Of a stretch of 64,000 bases of DNA, positions 1-9,701 are shown piece after piece (positions within the stretch are counted from its first letter, which is position 1; every line of letters begins with the position of its first letter). The notes beneath the pieces are model-generated. The model was not told where the DNA came from. It made no database searches and saw nothing but the letters and a program-made list of their open reading frames with translations. This DNA is from an uncultured Planctomycetia bacterium (GTDB lineage Bacteria > Omnitrophota > Gorgyraeia > JABMRG01 > JAFGKX01), in NCBI GenBank assembly GCA_964570585.1, contig CAZMYR010000003.1, positions 22,749 through 86,748 of the forward strand, written 5' to 3'. Position numbers and translations under genes: made by a program.

Positions 1-9
1 CGAGACTGA

Positions 10-100
10 GTCCCGCCCTTTTGAGAAAAGGGCGGGACGAAGCAAAGTTTGTGTCTGAGCCCGAACACATCGTAAGATGTGAGGGCGAGTTAAACTTTGC
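10..100. repeat. Cluster of hairpins downstream of leuC
   Basis: gtcccgccctttt-gaga-aaagggcgggac (10-38); gcaaagttt...aaactttgc (42-100) enclosing cccgaa-cacatc-gtaa-gatgtg-aggg. Confidence 0.65.
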
Positions 101-168
101 CGAAGTTCATAAAATGCGTGCCCGAAGGGCAAAAATTCCAGTTACGAATAGGTGATTGCTATGTTTTT

Positions 169-204
169 GAGATTGCTTCGCTCACTTCGTTCGCTCGCAA
201 TGAC
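169..204. repeat. GAGATTGCTTCG...CTCGCAATGAC palindromic element overlapping the leuC stop
   Basis: gagattgcttcgctcacttcgttcgctcgcaatgac; related copy at 14371-14404. Confidence 0.75.
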
Positions 205-1447
205 GTCGCGGATCGGTTATTTTTCCTGTTAACGCAGATGCAGCTACTGTCGCCGGTGAAGCTAAATAGATAAAAGCATTCGGGTTGCCCATTCTGCCTT
301 TAAAATTTCTATTCGCTGTAGATATTACAACCTCACCATCGGAAGGAACACCATCGTGAGTGCCTACGCAGGGCCCGCATCCCGGGGTAACTACACTACC
401 TCCGGCTTCAATAAATGTCCGGATAATCCCTTTTTTCATAGCCTCCAGATAAATCTGTTTTGATGCAGGCGCTATAACCAATCTTACATTATCAGCTATT
501 AGATTGCCTTTAAGTATTTTAGAGGCTATCATGAGATCTTCTAATCTTCCGTTAGTACATGTTCCGATAAAGGCTAAATTTACCGGTTTTCCTTCAACGT
601 CTTTAACATTGGATACATTATCGACTGTATGGGGTTTAGATATCTTCGGAGTAAATTTGCTGACATCATATCTTTTTACGCTAATATAATCGGCATCTTT
701 ATCCGGATAGACTTTCCTTTTAATCTTTTTGCCTGTTTTCTTAAGCCAGCTAACCACTTTTTCGTCAGGATACATAATGCCACATTTGGCTCCCATTTCA
801 ACAGCCATGTTTGAAATAGTGAAGCGCGCATCAACAGTTAAAGCTTCTATTGCCTTACCTGTAAATTCAATTGAATTATAGGTACAGCCATCAGCGCCTA
901 AATCCCCTATAATATGCAAAATTATATCCTTTGAATAAACACCCTTTGGCAATTTGCCATCTATTATTACCTTGATAGTCTCTGGAACTTTAAACCAGTT
1001 TTTACCGCTGGCTAATGTTATAGCTAAATCTGTAGAACCGAAACCTGTCGCCAATGCCCCTAATGCGCCGTAAGTACAGGTATGAGAATCTGCCCCTACT
1101 ACTAAATCACCTGGGAGCACATTTCCGGATTCTAATATTACCTGGTGGCATACACCACAGCCTATATCATATAAGCGCAGCTTATTTCGAGCAGCAAATT
1201 TCCGCATTTTGGCATGCACTGCCGAAACCCCTATATTGGGTGAAGGGGCGCTGTGGTCGATGACCATACAAAATCTTTTTCTTGCTGTTAACTTTTTTGC
1301 TCCCAGTTTATGCAAAGCATCTATGATAAGAGCGCTGGTCCCATCCTGACCAAAACAAAAATCCACCTTGGATAAGGCATAATCACCCGCCTTTAAGTCT
1401 CTGCGCGAATGTTCGCTTAATATCTTTTCCGCTACTGTCTTGCTCAT
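182..1447 (-). CDS. leuC: 3-isopropylmalate dehydratase/homoaconitase large subunit (LeuC/HacA type)
   Basis: DSHTCTYGALGA, IGTCTNGR, GCGPCVG and STANRNFKGRMG aconitase-family motifs; last codons (RRHCERTK) come from a palindromic element. Confidence 0.9.
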   Translation of the reverse strand: MSKTVAEKILSEHSRRDLKAGDYALSKVDFCFGQDGTSALIIDALHKLGAKKLTARKRFCMVIDHSAPSPNIGVSAVHAKMRKFAARNKLRLYDIGCGVCHQVILESGNVLPGDLVVGADSHTCTYGALGALATGFGSTDLAITLASGKNWFKVPETIKVIIDGKLPKGVYSKDIILHIIGDLGADGCTYNSIEFTGKAIEALTVDARFTISNMAVEMGAKCGIMYPDEKVVSWLKKTGKKIKRKVYPDKDADYISVKRYDVSKFTPKISKPHTVDNVSNVKDVEGKPVNLAFIGTCTNGRLEDLMIASKILKGNLIADNVRLVIAPASKQIYLEAMKKGIIRTFIEAGGSVVTPGCGPCVGTHDGVPSDGEVVISTANRNFKGRMGNPNAFIYLASPATVAASALTGKITDPRRHCERTK

Positions 1448-1535
1448 TTCTGATACACGTTCCTAATAAAAAGGAGGTTTGACCCTTTTATATCAGGACC
1501 CCACCCCCTTTAATACGACCCCTTACACAAAAGGG

Positions 1536-2159
1536 CTAATCTTTTTTTCTTTTGAATATTCCTTTTATTCGGTTAAACCACCCTTTTTTCTTTTCAGGTT
1601 TAGGTTTTACTTTTTCAGCTTCTGAGGGTTCTTCCTTAGCTTTTGGAGGTTTCTCTTTAGGCTTAGCTTTTAACTTCTCAGGTGCCGGCTTCTCTTTTAT
1701 TTCTTCAATTGGTTTTGGTTTTTCCCTGGGCGCCTCTACAACTTTCTTCGGGGCTTCTTTGGCTTTGGCCTTTACCTTCTTCTTCGGCTTTGGCTCCTCT
1801 TTTAGTTTTTCTACTAACTCAAGTATGGCCATTTGGGTGCCATCGCCATGACGACTATTTAACTGAATAATTCTAGTATATCCACCATTTCTGTCTTTGA
1901 ATAAAGGAGCTATATCTTTTACTAAGCGTGACACTAAAGACCTATCCTGTAACATATCAAAAGCCGCTCTCCTTGCTTGTAGTGTCTCTTTCTTGCCCAA
2001 TGATATTAGCTTATCTAAAAGCCTGGACGCCTCCTTGGCTTTAGGTAATGTTGTTTTGATCCTCGAATATATAAGAGCGTTCCTCGCTAAGGACCGCATT
2101 AATTCCTTGCGAGCTGATTTATTTCTCCCAAAACGTTTATTTAATTTGCCGTGTCTCAT
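1536..2159 (-). CDS. rplQ: 50S ribosomal protein L17 with Lys/Glu/Pro-rich C-terminal extension
   Basis: MRHGKL...IKTTLPKAKE...RNGGYTRI; follows rpoA. Confidence 0.97.
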   Translation of the reverse strand: MRHGKLNKRFGRNKSARKELMRSLARNALIYSRIKTTLPKAKEASRLLDKLISLGKKETLQARRAAFDMLQDRSLVSRLVKDIAPLFKDRNGGYTRIIQLNSRHGDGTQMAILELVEKLKEEPKPKKKVKAKAKEAPKKVVEAPREKPKPIEEIKEKPAPEKLKAKPKEKPPKAKEEPSEAEKVKPKPEKKKGWFNRIKGIFKRKKD

Positions 2160-3130
2160 TTTTTCTTTTTGATTTTCATTCCAAGTGAAATGCCCATATT
2201 ATCCAAAATGCCAATAATTTCATTCAAAGACTTTTTGCCAAAGTTTCTATATTTTAGCATTTCACTTTCGGTCTTGCCCACTAAATCGCCTATAGCCTTT
2301 ATCTTGGCCTTTTCTAAACAATTGCCGCTTCTTACTGAAAGTTCAAGTTCGGTAACCGGGATTTTAAGTTTCCCCTGAAGCTCTTCATCTTCCTCCGGCT
2401 CCTCAGTAATCTCTAAGTCTTCCGGAAGTTTGCCGAAATTGACAAAAATATCAAGATGTCTTTGCAAGACATTGGATGCATAGAGCAAAGCTTCTTTAGG
2501 GCTCACCGCTCCGTTAGTGCATATTTCTAATATAAGTTTATCATAATCTGTAATCTGGCCTACCCTGGTATCTCCAACATTGAAATTCACTTTAGTAACG
2601 GGGCTAAAAATAGAATCTATAGCAATGACTCCTATTGGGGCGCTTTCTTTTTTGTTTTTTTCCGCCGGAACATATCCACGGCCTTTGCCCAAACCCATTT
2701 CTACATTAAATTTAATATTTCTTGTCAATGTAGCTATATGTAAATCCTTGTTTATGATATCCACTGTTTCATCAGCAATTATATCTTTAGCTGTGACCTT
2801 GCCTTTTCGTTGAACTTTTATATATAATGGTTTTGGTTTAAGGGCATGGCTTCTTATCACAACTTTCTTAATATTAAGTATAATTTCAGGCACATCCTCA
2901 ATCACTCCGTCTATAGCAGAAAATTCATGCTGAATCCCTTCGAATCTTACATTAGTTACTGCGCTACCTTCGACTGAAGATATAAGTGCCCTCCGTAAAG
3001 AATTTCCCAGAGTTATTCCATAACCTCTTTCGAACGGTTCTGCTATAAATTTACCGTAAGTATCTGTCAGGGTAGATTCATCACATTCGAGAGTTTTGGG
3101 CATTTCAAATTCTTTCCAAGCTATTCCCAT
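2156..3130 (-). CDS. rpoA: RNA polymerase alpha subunit
   Basis: EPFERGYGITLGNSLRR, ELSVRSGNCL, NFGKKSLNEI. Confidence 0.99.
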   Translation of the reverse strand: MGIAWKEFEMPKTLECDESTLTDTYGKFIAEPFERGYGITLGNSLRRALISSVEGSAVTNVRFEGIQHEFSAIDGVIEDVPEIILNIKKVVIRSHALKPKPLYIKVQRKGKVTAKDIIADETVDIINKDLHIATLTRNIKFNVEMGLGKGRGYVPAEKNKKESAPIGVIAIDSIFSPVTKVNFNVGDTRVGQITDYDKLILEICTNGAVSPKEALLYASNVLQRHLDIFVNFGKLPEDLEITEEPEEDEELQGKLKIPVTELELSVRSGNCLEKAKIKAIGDLVGKTESEMLKYRNFGKKSLNEIIGILDNMGISLGMKIKKKK

Positions 3131-3144
3131 CTCTTTTTACCTCC

Positions 3145-3208
3145 AATTTTTGCAAAGCAAAAATTGTCCCAAACAGTGCGACGAAAAGGAGCACTGGAGG
3201 AACAATTT
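3145..3208. repeat. Two-hairpin element, family A (copy 1)
   Basis: aatttttgc-aaa-gcaaaaatt followed by gtcccaaa-cagtgc...gcactg-gaggaac; homologous to 9207-9267. Confidence 0.75.
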
Positions 3209-3833
3209 ACTTCGAATATAATTCTACAATAAGCTGGACCTGAATCGGAAAACCAACATCTTCTTTTTTAGGAAGCCTCTCAATTTTAGCCGTTAAAAGT
3301 TTTTCATCTACATTTATCCAACCGGGTACGCCTCTTTCTTTTAAGTCTTGCATTCTTTCGGATACAAGCTTAAATTGGTCCTTCTTGGCATTTACCTTTA
3401 TAGTATCTCCTTTGCCAACTAAGTAAGATGGCCGGTCTACCTTTTTTTCATTAACCATAATAAAACCGTGGGTAACCATTTGCCTTGCCTGAGACCTGGA
3501 AGGAGCAAAACAGCACCTAAAGGCTACATTGTCTAACCGCCGTTCTAAAAATTGCAGAAGGGCCTCACCGGTGACGTCCCGTGACCTCTCTGCTTTTTTA
3601 AAATAATTTCTGAATTGTTTCTCTAGCACTCCGTATATTGTCTTGGCTTTCTGCTTTTCTCTAAGCTGTAAACCAAAATCGGAAAGCTTTCTTCTCCGTT
3701 GACCATGTACGCCGGGTTTATAACTGCGCCTATCTAAGGCGCACTTCTCAGTTACGCAACGATTACCTTTAAGAAAAAGTTTTACGCCTTCCCTTCTGCA
3801 CAACCTGCACGATGCTCCTATATACTTTGCCAT
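3207..3833 (-). CDS. rpsD: 30S ribosomal protein S4
   Basis: MAKYIGASCRLCRREG...LERRLDNV; start moved to ATG 3833 after AGGAGG (the ORF-track extension is repeat-derived). Confidence 0.97.
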   Translation of the reverse strand: MAKYIGASCRLCRREGVKLFLKGNRCVTEKCALDRRSYKPGVHGQRRRKLSDFGLQLREKQKAKTIYGVLEKQFRNYFKKAERSRDVTGEALLQFLERRLDNVAFRCCFAPSRSQARQMVTHGFIMVNEKKVDRPSYLVGKGDTIKVNAKKDQFKLVSERMQDLKERGVPGWINVDEKLLTAKIERLPKKEDVGFPIQVQLIVELYSK

Positions 3834-3851
3834 TATCCTCCTAGTTTTGCT

Positions 3852-3912
3852 TGCGTTTATTGGGTTTGTAGGGTTTATAGGGTTATAACTCAATAAACTC
3901 TATAAACTCAAC
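3852..3912. repeat. 9-nt tandem array with inverted arms
   Basis: gggtttata-like units followed by aactcaata/aactctata units. Confidence 0.7.
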
Positions 3913-4376
3913 TATACTCTCCTTCGCTTCGGGGCTCTACATCCATTATGTGGTATAGGCGTAATATCTTTAATGGTACTTATCTGTAATCCAGCCGCCT
4001 GCATTGCCCGTATTGCTGATTCTCTGCCTGCCCCCGGTCCCTTTACGCAAATCTCTACCTTTTTTAGTCCTAACCCTTTTGCTTTTTCAGCAGCTGCACT
4101 TGCAGCTCTTTGAGCAGCGAACGGTGTAGATTTTTTCGAACCTTTAAAACCGATGTTGCCGCTGGAACACCAACAAATTGTATTGCCATTTTTATCTGTT
4201 ACAGTAATAATTGTATTGTTAAAGGTCGCTAAGATATATACTATACCATCATGGATGAAAACTTTTTGTTTCGACTTTTTCTTTTCAGGTTTTGGTTCTT
4301 GTTTTGGTTCTTGTTTTGGTTCTTGTTTTGGTTCTTGTTTTGGTTCTTGTTTTGGTTTCTCTTCAGCTTTTACCAT
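3912..4376 (-). CDS. rpsK: 30S ribosomal protein S11 with N-terminal (EPKQ)n repeat
   Basis: [35 protein letters not shown]. Confidence 0.98.
   Translation of the reverse strand: MVKAEEKPKQEPKQEPKQEPKQEPKQEPKPEKKKSKQKVFIHDGIVYILATFNNTIITVTDKNGNTICWCSSGNIGFKGSKKSTPFAAQRAASAAAEKAKGLGLKKVEICVKGPGAGRESAIRAMQAAGLQISTIKDITPIPHNGCRAPKRRRV
4289..4357. repeat. 12-nt tandem repeat x5 in rpsK (EPKQ)
   Basis: gttttggttctt repeated five times in frame. Confidence 0.9.
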
Positions 4377-4384
4377 TTCTATAA

Positions 4385-4783
4385 TTACCCTTCCTTTCTG
4401 ATTTTCTGTTGTTTTTCTCTTTTTGCAACGCCAACTGTCTTTCTCGGGCCTTTCCGGGTGCGTGCATTTGTATTTGTTCGTTGCCCTCTTACTGGCAAAC
4501 CCCTTCTATGGCGCAATCCTCTATAAGTTCCTATGTCTATTAGCCTATTTATGTTCCCTGTAACCTCTCTTCTTAAATCGCCTTCTATCTTATAATTTTT
4601 TGTAATAAACCTAGAAATTTTTGCTACATCTTCTCCGGTAAGGTCCTTAGCCCTCATATCGGGATTTATGCCATTAGCTTTTAATATTTTATTTGAAACA
4701 GTTCTGCCAATCCCGTGAATATAAGTAAGTGCGATCTCTACCCTCTTCCCTTTTGGTATATCAACACCGCAAACTCTCGGCAT
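4385..4783 (-). CDS. rpsM: 30S ribosomal protein S13
   Basis: [26 protein letters not shown]. Confidence 0.99.
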   Translation of the reverse strand: MPRVCGVDIPKGKRVEIALTYIHGIGRTVSNKILKANGINPDMRAKDLTGEDVAKISRFITKNYKIEGDLRREVTGNINRLIDIGTYRGLRHRRGLPVRGQRTNTNARTRKGPRKTVGVAKREKQQKIRKEG

Positions 4784-4807
4784 CTTTTACTCCCGTCTTT
4801 TAATGGT

Positions 4808-4897
4808 TAGTTGTAAGTTATAAGTCGTAAGTTATAAGTTTTTTTCGGCCTTCAATTCGAATTTTAGCTTAAAACTTAAAACTTAAAACTTAAAACT
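4808..4897. repeat. 7-nt tandem array with inverted arms
   Basis: ttgtaag/ttataag/tcgtaag units, a spacer, then acttaaa units. Confidence 0.8.
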
Positions 4898-4901
4898 TTT
4901 G

Positions 4902-5015
4902 TTATCCCTGTCTCTGTTTATGCTTCGGATTCCTGCATATAACTCTAACTACACCTTTGCGTTTTATAATCTTACATGAAGAACAAATTTTTTTAACCGA
5001 TGCTCTAACCTTCAT
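4902..5015 (-). CDS. rpmJ: 50S ribosomal protein L36 (not in ORF track)
   Basis: Manual translation [37 protein letters not shown] between infA and rpsM. Confidence 0.97.
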   Translation of the reverse strand: MKVRASVKKICSSCKIIKRKGVVRVICRNPKHKQRQG

Positions 5016-5017
5016 TT

Positions 5018-5233
5018 TTATCTCTCTCGATAAATAATCCGTCCCTTGGTAAGGTCATACGGTGAAAGTTCTAATTTTACTTTGTCCCCTGGTACTATTC
5101 TTATAAAATACATTCTCATCTTACCTGCAACATGTGCCAGGACCCTGTGTCCATTATCCAATTCTACTCTAAACATTGCGTTTGGCAATGCTTCTATAAT
5201 CGTGCCTTCTGTTTGAATTGCCTCTTCTTTCAT
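5018..5233 (-). CDS. infA: Translation initiation factor IF-1
   Basis: [13 protein letters not shown]...GKMRM...[11 protein letters not shown]. Confidence 0.98.
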   Translation of the reverse strand: MKEEAIQTEGTIIEALPNAMFRVELDNGHRVLAHVAGKMRMYFIRIVPGDKVKLELSPYDLTKGRIIYRER

Positions 5234-5235
5234 TT

Positions 5236-5285
5236 TGAGTTATGGGTTATGAGTTCATAGTTCATAGACTACGAACTACGAACTA
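5236..5285. repeat. 7-nt tandem array with inverted arms
   Basis: gttatg(a/g), gttcata units then actacga/actacgaa units. Confidence 0.7.
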
Positions 5286-6032
5286 ATTAAATTCCGTCAA
5301 TATCCTGGGCCCCTCCTCTGTAACAGCAACAGTATGCTCAAAATGCGCTGAAAGTTTTCTATCAGCCGTAACAGCTGTCCAGCCGTCTTTAAGTATATCC
5401 ACTTTATAAGTTCCTATATTAATCATCGGCTCTATTGCCAATACCATCCCGGGTTTTAGCGCCGGGCCCATATGTGGTTGTCCAAAATTCGGTATTTGCG
5501 GATCCTCATGCAGGTTTGAACCTATACCGTGGCCAACAAATTCTCTTACGACGGAAAAAGCATTTAATTCTGCTTCGTCTTGAACAGCACACGATATATC
5601 AGAAAGTCTGTTATCAACGGTTGCCATTGCAATAGCTTTATAGAGGGCTCCTTTGGTCACATCCAGTAATCTTTTAGCCTCAGGAGAAATTTCTCCAACA
5701 CCTACAGTTATTGCGGCGTCTCCATAAAACCCATCCAGTTCAACCCCGGCATCAATGCTTATTATGTCGGCTTCTTTTAATCTTCGTGTACCCGGTATAC
5801 CATGTACTATTTCTTCATTTATCGAAGTGCATATATTTTTAGGGAATCCCCTATAACCATTAAAGGCGCACCTGCCTCCTAGTTTACTGATCAGTTCGGC
5901 TGCTCTTTTGTCCAGTTGTTCAGTAGTTACTCCCGGCGCTATCATGTCAGTGAGCATGGCTAATGTTTTCGCTACAATAATCCCCGCCTTATGCATCTTT
6001 TCTATTTCATCTTTTGATTTATAATGTATCAA
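5283..6032 (-). CDS. map: Methionine aminopeptidase type I
   Basis: SINEEIVHGIP, GHGIG..LHEDP, AIEPM, SAHFEHT. Confidence 0.97.
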   Translation of the reverse strand: MIHYKSKDEIEKMHKAGIIVAKTLAMLTDMIAPGVTTEQLDKRAAELISKLGGRCAFNGYRGFPKNICTSINEEIVHGIPGTRRLKEADIISIDAGVELDGFYGDAAITVGVGEISPEAKRLLDVTKGALYKAIAMATVDNRLSDISCAVQDEAELNAFSVVREFVGHGIGSNLHEDPQIPNFGQPHMGPALKPGMVLAIEPMINIGTYKVDILKDGWTAVTADRKLSAHFEHTVAVTEEGPRILTEFN

Positions 6033-6692
6033 TTATATCAGTCCCTCTTGGTTAAAGAGCTCGTGAAGAATCTTGTATAACTTATCTACTTCTAAATCTC
6101 CTGAAACAGTATGCAAAAACCCCTTATTTTTATAATAATCTATTAATCCTGCTGTTTGCTGATTATACACTTTTATTCTTTTTAAAACCGTTTCTTTCTT
6201 ATCGTCGTTGCGCTGGATAAGTCTCCCTCCGCATATATCGCATATCCCCTCTTTTTTAGGTAGTATATTCTTTATATGATAATTAGCACCGCATTTTTCG
6301 CAAATCAGGCGGCCTGTTAACCGGTCTATTATAACCTGTTCTGATGTCTGCATATAAACAACTATATCTAACGGAATTTTATTAATTGCTAAAAATTCAT
6401 CGAGCGAAGTAGCTTGAGCTTTTGTTCTCGGGTAGCCATCGAGTATAAACCTGTTCTGAATACTTTTATCCTTTAGCTTCTCTATCACAATTTGATTTAC
6501 TATTTCATCCGGCACTAATTGTCCCCGCTGCATATATCCAGTTAATCTTTGTCCAATTTCATCTGACCTTTTAGCAGACTCTCTAAATATATCTCCTGTT
6601 GAAAGATGAACTAGATTTAATTTTTGAGAAAGAACCTTCGCCTGCGTTCCCTTACCAGCTCCTGGAGGCCCCAACAATATTAATCTCACCAC
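6033..6692 (-). CDS. adk: Adenylate kinase
   Basis: GPPGAGKGTQ, LDGYPRT, Cys-zinc LID domain. Confidence 0.98.
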   Translation of the reverse strand: MVRLILLGPPGAGKGTQAKVLSQKLNLVHLSTGDIFRESAKRSDEIGQRLTGYMQRGQLVPDEIVNQIVIEKLKDKSIQNRFILDGYPRTKAQATSLDEFLAINKIPLDIVVYMQTSEQVIIDRLTGRLICEKCGANYHIKNILPKKEGICDICGGRLIQRNDDKKETVLKRIKVYNQQTAGLIDYYKNKGFLHTVSGDLEVDKLYKILHELFNQEGLI

Positions 6693-6712
6693 TTTAACCT
6701 TTATTCTTGTTG

Positions 6713-8062
6713 CTAGCGTCTCGACCTCAATTTACCTTTCCTCAAGAATCCTTCATAATGTCTCATTAAAAGCTGGGATTCGATCTGTTTCATTGTATCT
6801 AACATAACCCCAACTGTAATTAATAAGGCTGTTCCGCCGAAGAAACTGGCTATTAAAAAGGGTATGTTTAGCCATCTTGATATTATTCTTGGAAATACAG
6901 CTATCAAAGCCAAAAATATAGCTCCAGGCAATGTAACTCTTGTCAATATTCTATCAAAATAACTTGCCGTAGGTTTACCCGGCCTTATGCCCGGGATAAA
7001 TCCTCCGTACTTTTTCATATTATCAGCCACATCTACAGGATTAAATGTAATTGCGGTATAAAAATAACAGAAAAATACTATCAAACCGGAATACATTGTA
7101 AAATAAAGTATGTTTCCTCTCATCAGCGCATTAGCCATCTTCTGGAATGTAGGATTAGGAAAAAAACCAGCAATTGTTGCCGGAAAAAGTAATAAAGATT
7201 GCGCGAATATAATCGGTATAACCCCGGCGTGATTTACCCTGAAAGGAATATATGTGCTTTGGCCGCCGTAAACCTTTCTGCCAATTATTCTCTTGGCATA
7301 TTGCACCGGTATTCTGCGCTGTCCCTGGGTAATTATAACTACTGCGACAATAACCCCAACCATAATAATTACCATTGCTATCAACGTAAGCACATCTATC
7401 TGCCTTCTGGCTGGCGCAAAAGGCGATACCAACAAAAATAGTTGATTTGTCGCTGTAGGCAATCGGGATATTATACTAGCCGTAATAATAAGCGACATTC
7501 CATTACCAATACCATATTCAGTTATCTGCTCGCCTAACCACATTATAAAGGCAGTGCCGCTGGCTAAGGTTAAAACTGTTAATAATCTAAAGCCCCAGCC
7601 CGGAAATTGAACTATCTGGACACCTTGAAAATGGGCCGGGTTTTCCAACCATAGACTAATGAAAGTAGCTTGTATTACAGCCAGAACTACCGTGCCATAT
7701 CTGGTATATTGGGTAATCTTTCTTCTGCCTTCTTCCCCACCTTCTTTGGCTAATCGCTCAAGCTGCGGTATAACTGTAGTGAGAAGCTGCATAATGATGG
7801 AGCTGGATATATACGGCATAATACCTAAAGCGAATATGGTCATATTCCGCATAGCTCCACCACTAAACAGATTCATAATGCCAAAAAGTGTGCCGCCGGT
7901 TGTCCTGGCTATATTATCAAAGAACTGCGCTAATGCTGCCCCATCTATACCGGGAGTAGGGACAAAACAGCCTATTCTATAGACAGCTACCAACCCCAAG
8001 GTAAGAAATATTTTCTTTCTTAGATCCGGGACTTTTAATATATTAGCTAAAGCTGCTAACAT
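6713..8062 (-). CDS. secY: Preprotein translocase SecY
   Basis: IFALGIMPYISSSII, GEQITEYGIGNG, GFIPGIRPG. Confidence 0.99.
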   Translation of the reverse strand: MLAALANILKVPDLRKKIFLTLGLVAVYRIGCFVPTPGIDGAALAQFFDNIARTTGGTLFGIMNLFSGGAMRNMTIFALGIMPYISSSIIMQLLTTVIPQLERLAKEGGEEGRRKITQYTRYGTVVLAVIQATFISLWLENPAHFQGVQIVQFPGWGFRLLTVLTLASGTAFIMWLGEQITEYGIGNGMSLIITASIISRLPTATNQLFLLVSPFAPARRQIDVLTLIAMVIIMVGVIVAVVIITQGQRRIPVQYAKRIIGRKVYGGQSTYIPFRVNHAGVIPIIFAQSLLLFPATIAGFFPNPTFQKMANALMRGNILYFTMYSGLIVFFCYFYTAITFNPVDVADNMKKYGGFIPGIRPGKPTASYFDRILTRVTLPGAIFLALIAVFPRIISRWLNIPFLIASFFGGTALLITVGVMLDTMKQIESQLLMRHYEGFLRKGKLRSRR

Positions 8063-8070
8063 CTTTTTTT

Positions 8071-8163
8071 AGTACCGTTTACGGTTTCAAAGGGGTAAGT
8101 GTCCCCTAATTCATTCTTTGCTGGGGGGCATTTACCTCTTTGAAACTGTAAACGGTACTTTCT
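8071..8163. repeat. Palindromic element family C (GYACCGTTT...AAACGGTRC-TTTCT)
   Basis: gtaccgtttacggtttcaaaggggtaagtgtcccc ... ggggcatttacctctttgaaactgtaaacggtac-tttct. Confidence 0.8.
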
Positions 8164-8612
8164 TAACGGGATTGAATTTTTTCAATGCTTCCGCCTGTTT
8201 TTTTAATAGCACTTTTTGCAGAATTTGAAAAGGCATGCGCAGTAACAGTAAAATTCTTTTTAAGTTTTCCTTTGCCTAAAATCTTTATGGGTTTTTTTAT
8301 AGTCTTTATTAATCTTTTATCTTTTAATAAAGACGGTGTTATATGAGTCCCCTCTTTAAAAATATTTAATTTCTCTAAATTAATAATCGAATATTCTTTT
8401 TTTTCTCTTGGCGTAAATCCTCTTTTTGGGATCCTCCTCATTAATGGCATCTGGCCTCCTTCGAAGCCAAAGGTCCGCTTTGAGCCTGACCTTGACCTTT
8501 GCCCTTTGCTGCCTCTGCCACCGGTTTTACCTCTGCCAGAGCCCATCCCTCTGCCTTTTCTTCTCTTAGGTCTCCTGGCGCCTTTAGGAGATTTCATGTC
8601 CTGTATTTTCAT
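8163..8612 (-). CDS. rplO: 50S ribosomal protein L15
   Basis: GRGMGSGRGKTGGRGSKGQ, FEGGQMPL; ATG 8612 preferred over GTG 8621. Confidence 0.97.
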   Translation of the reverse strand: MKIQDMKSPKGARRPKRRKGRGMGSGRGKTGGRGSKGQRSRSGSKRTFGFEGGQMPLMRRIPKRGFTPREKKEYSIINLEKLNIFKEGTHITPSLLKDKRLIKTIKKPIKILGKGKLKKNFTVTAHAFSNSAKSAIKKTGGSIEKIQSR

Positions 8613-8617
8613 TTGCC

Positions 8618-9196
8618 TCACTCGGACTGCTTTTCCAGCAGCTCATTCTTGTAGCGCAACTTTTTTAGTCCATCCATAGTTGCCTTTATAACATTTGATG
8701 GCGTCTGCGATTTTAGGCTCTTGGTTAATATATCTTTTATACCTGCTGCATCGCAAACCGGCCTTATAACGTTACCTGCGATGACACCTGTACCTTCTCC
8801 CGCTGGTTTAAGAAGCACAACGGCTGCGCCATATCTGCCAATCACCTCATGGGGTATAGTGCTTCCTTTAACAGGGACATTTATCATATTCTTTTTAGCA
8901 TCATTGATACCCTTTTTAATCGCATTGGGAACCTCATTTGCTTTCCCGAAACCACAGCCTACATTACCCTTTTTATCTCCTACTACTACCACTGCACCAA
9001 AATTTAATTTTCGGCCCCCCTTTGTAACCTTAGTGGTTCGTTTAATGGAAATCACCTTCTCAATAGTTTCTTCCTCAGGATGTATTTCCTTGTAAGTCTT
9101 TTTTAATTCTCGAGGGATTACCTTTTTTATCTCTTTGGCTGATTTTTTGTCTGCCTCGTCTTTTTTAAATTCTTTTTGGTCTTTCTTCTCTACCAA
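8618..9196 (-). CDS. rpsE: 30S ribosomal protein S5 with charged N-terminal extension
   Basis: [32 protein letters not shown]; TTG at 9196 follows GGAGG (start uncertain). Confidence 0.96.
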   Translation of the reverse strand: MVEKKDQKEFKKDEADKKSAKEIKKVIPRELKKTYKEIHPEEETIEKVISIKRTTKVTKGGRKLNFGAVVVVGDKKGNVGCGFGKANEVPNAIKKGINDAKKNMINVPVKGSTIPHEVIGRYGAAVVLLKPAGEGTGVIAGNVIRPVCDAAGIKDILTKSLKSQTPSNVIKATMDGLKKLRYKNELLEKQSE

Positions 9197-9206
9197 GTTA
9201 GCCTCC

Positions 9207-9267
9207 AAAATTTACGAAAGTAAATTTTGTCCCGAACGATGCGACGAATAGGAGCATCGGAGGGACT
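9207..9267. repeat. Two-hairpin element, family A (copy 2)
   Basis: aaaatttac-gaaa-gtaaatttt followed by gtcccgaa-cgatgc...gcatcg-gagggac. Confidence 0.75.
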
Positions 9268-9622
9268 AAAACCGCAAACCGTTTTTACGGCAAGCTTCTG
9301 CAAACTCTTTTACCCTTCCGTGATAACGATAGCCACTTTTATCAAATTTGACCTGTTTCATATTTGCCTTCTGAGCTTCTTTAGCTAAAAGTTCGCCCAA
9401 TGCCCTGGAAGCGGTAATGTTACCCTTGTGTTTAAAATTATCTCTCAATCCTTTATCCAGCGTTGAGACAGACAGCAATGTCTTGCCTTCAACATCATCT
9501 ATTAATTGAGCAGTCATATTATTAAGACTCCTGTAAATACAAAGGCGGGGTCTCTCTTTTGTGCCAAGCAATTTCTTCTTTCCTCTTAAATATCTTCTTC
9601 GTCTTGCGTCTTTTACCTTCAT
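9266..9622 (-). CDS. rplR: 50S ribosomal protein L18
   Basis: RPRLCIYRS, FDKSGYRYHGRVK. Confidence 0.97.
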   Translation of the reverse strand: MKVKDARRRRYLRGKKKLLGTKERPRLCIYRSLNNMTAQLIDDVEGKTLLSVSTLDKGLRDNFKHKGNITASRALGELLAKEAQKANMKQVKFDKSGYRYHGRVKEFAEACRKNGLRF

Positions 9623-9637
9623 CTCAGTAATTTACCT

Positions 9638-9694
9638 CCGTACACTTACGTGTACGGTATCCTTTTCGTACATTCCCCGCACGTAAGTGCGGGG
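9638..9694. repeat. Pair of short hairpins
   Basis: ccgtacac-ttac-gtgtacgg and ccccgcac-gtaa-gtgcgggg. Confidence 0.6.
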
Positions 9695-9701
9695 TCCGAT
9701 C

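Noticed and set aside
1468-1535. leuC leader as an attenuator or T-box
   Set aside because: Only weak hairpins (aaaaggagg/ccctttt, ccctt/aaggg); no Leu-rich leader peptide or T-box motif is visible.
8160-8177. ttcttaacgggattgaa at the rplO end as a half family F element
   Set aside because: One imperfect arm only, with no partner or target duplication; insufficient support.
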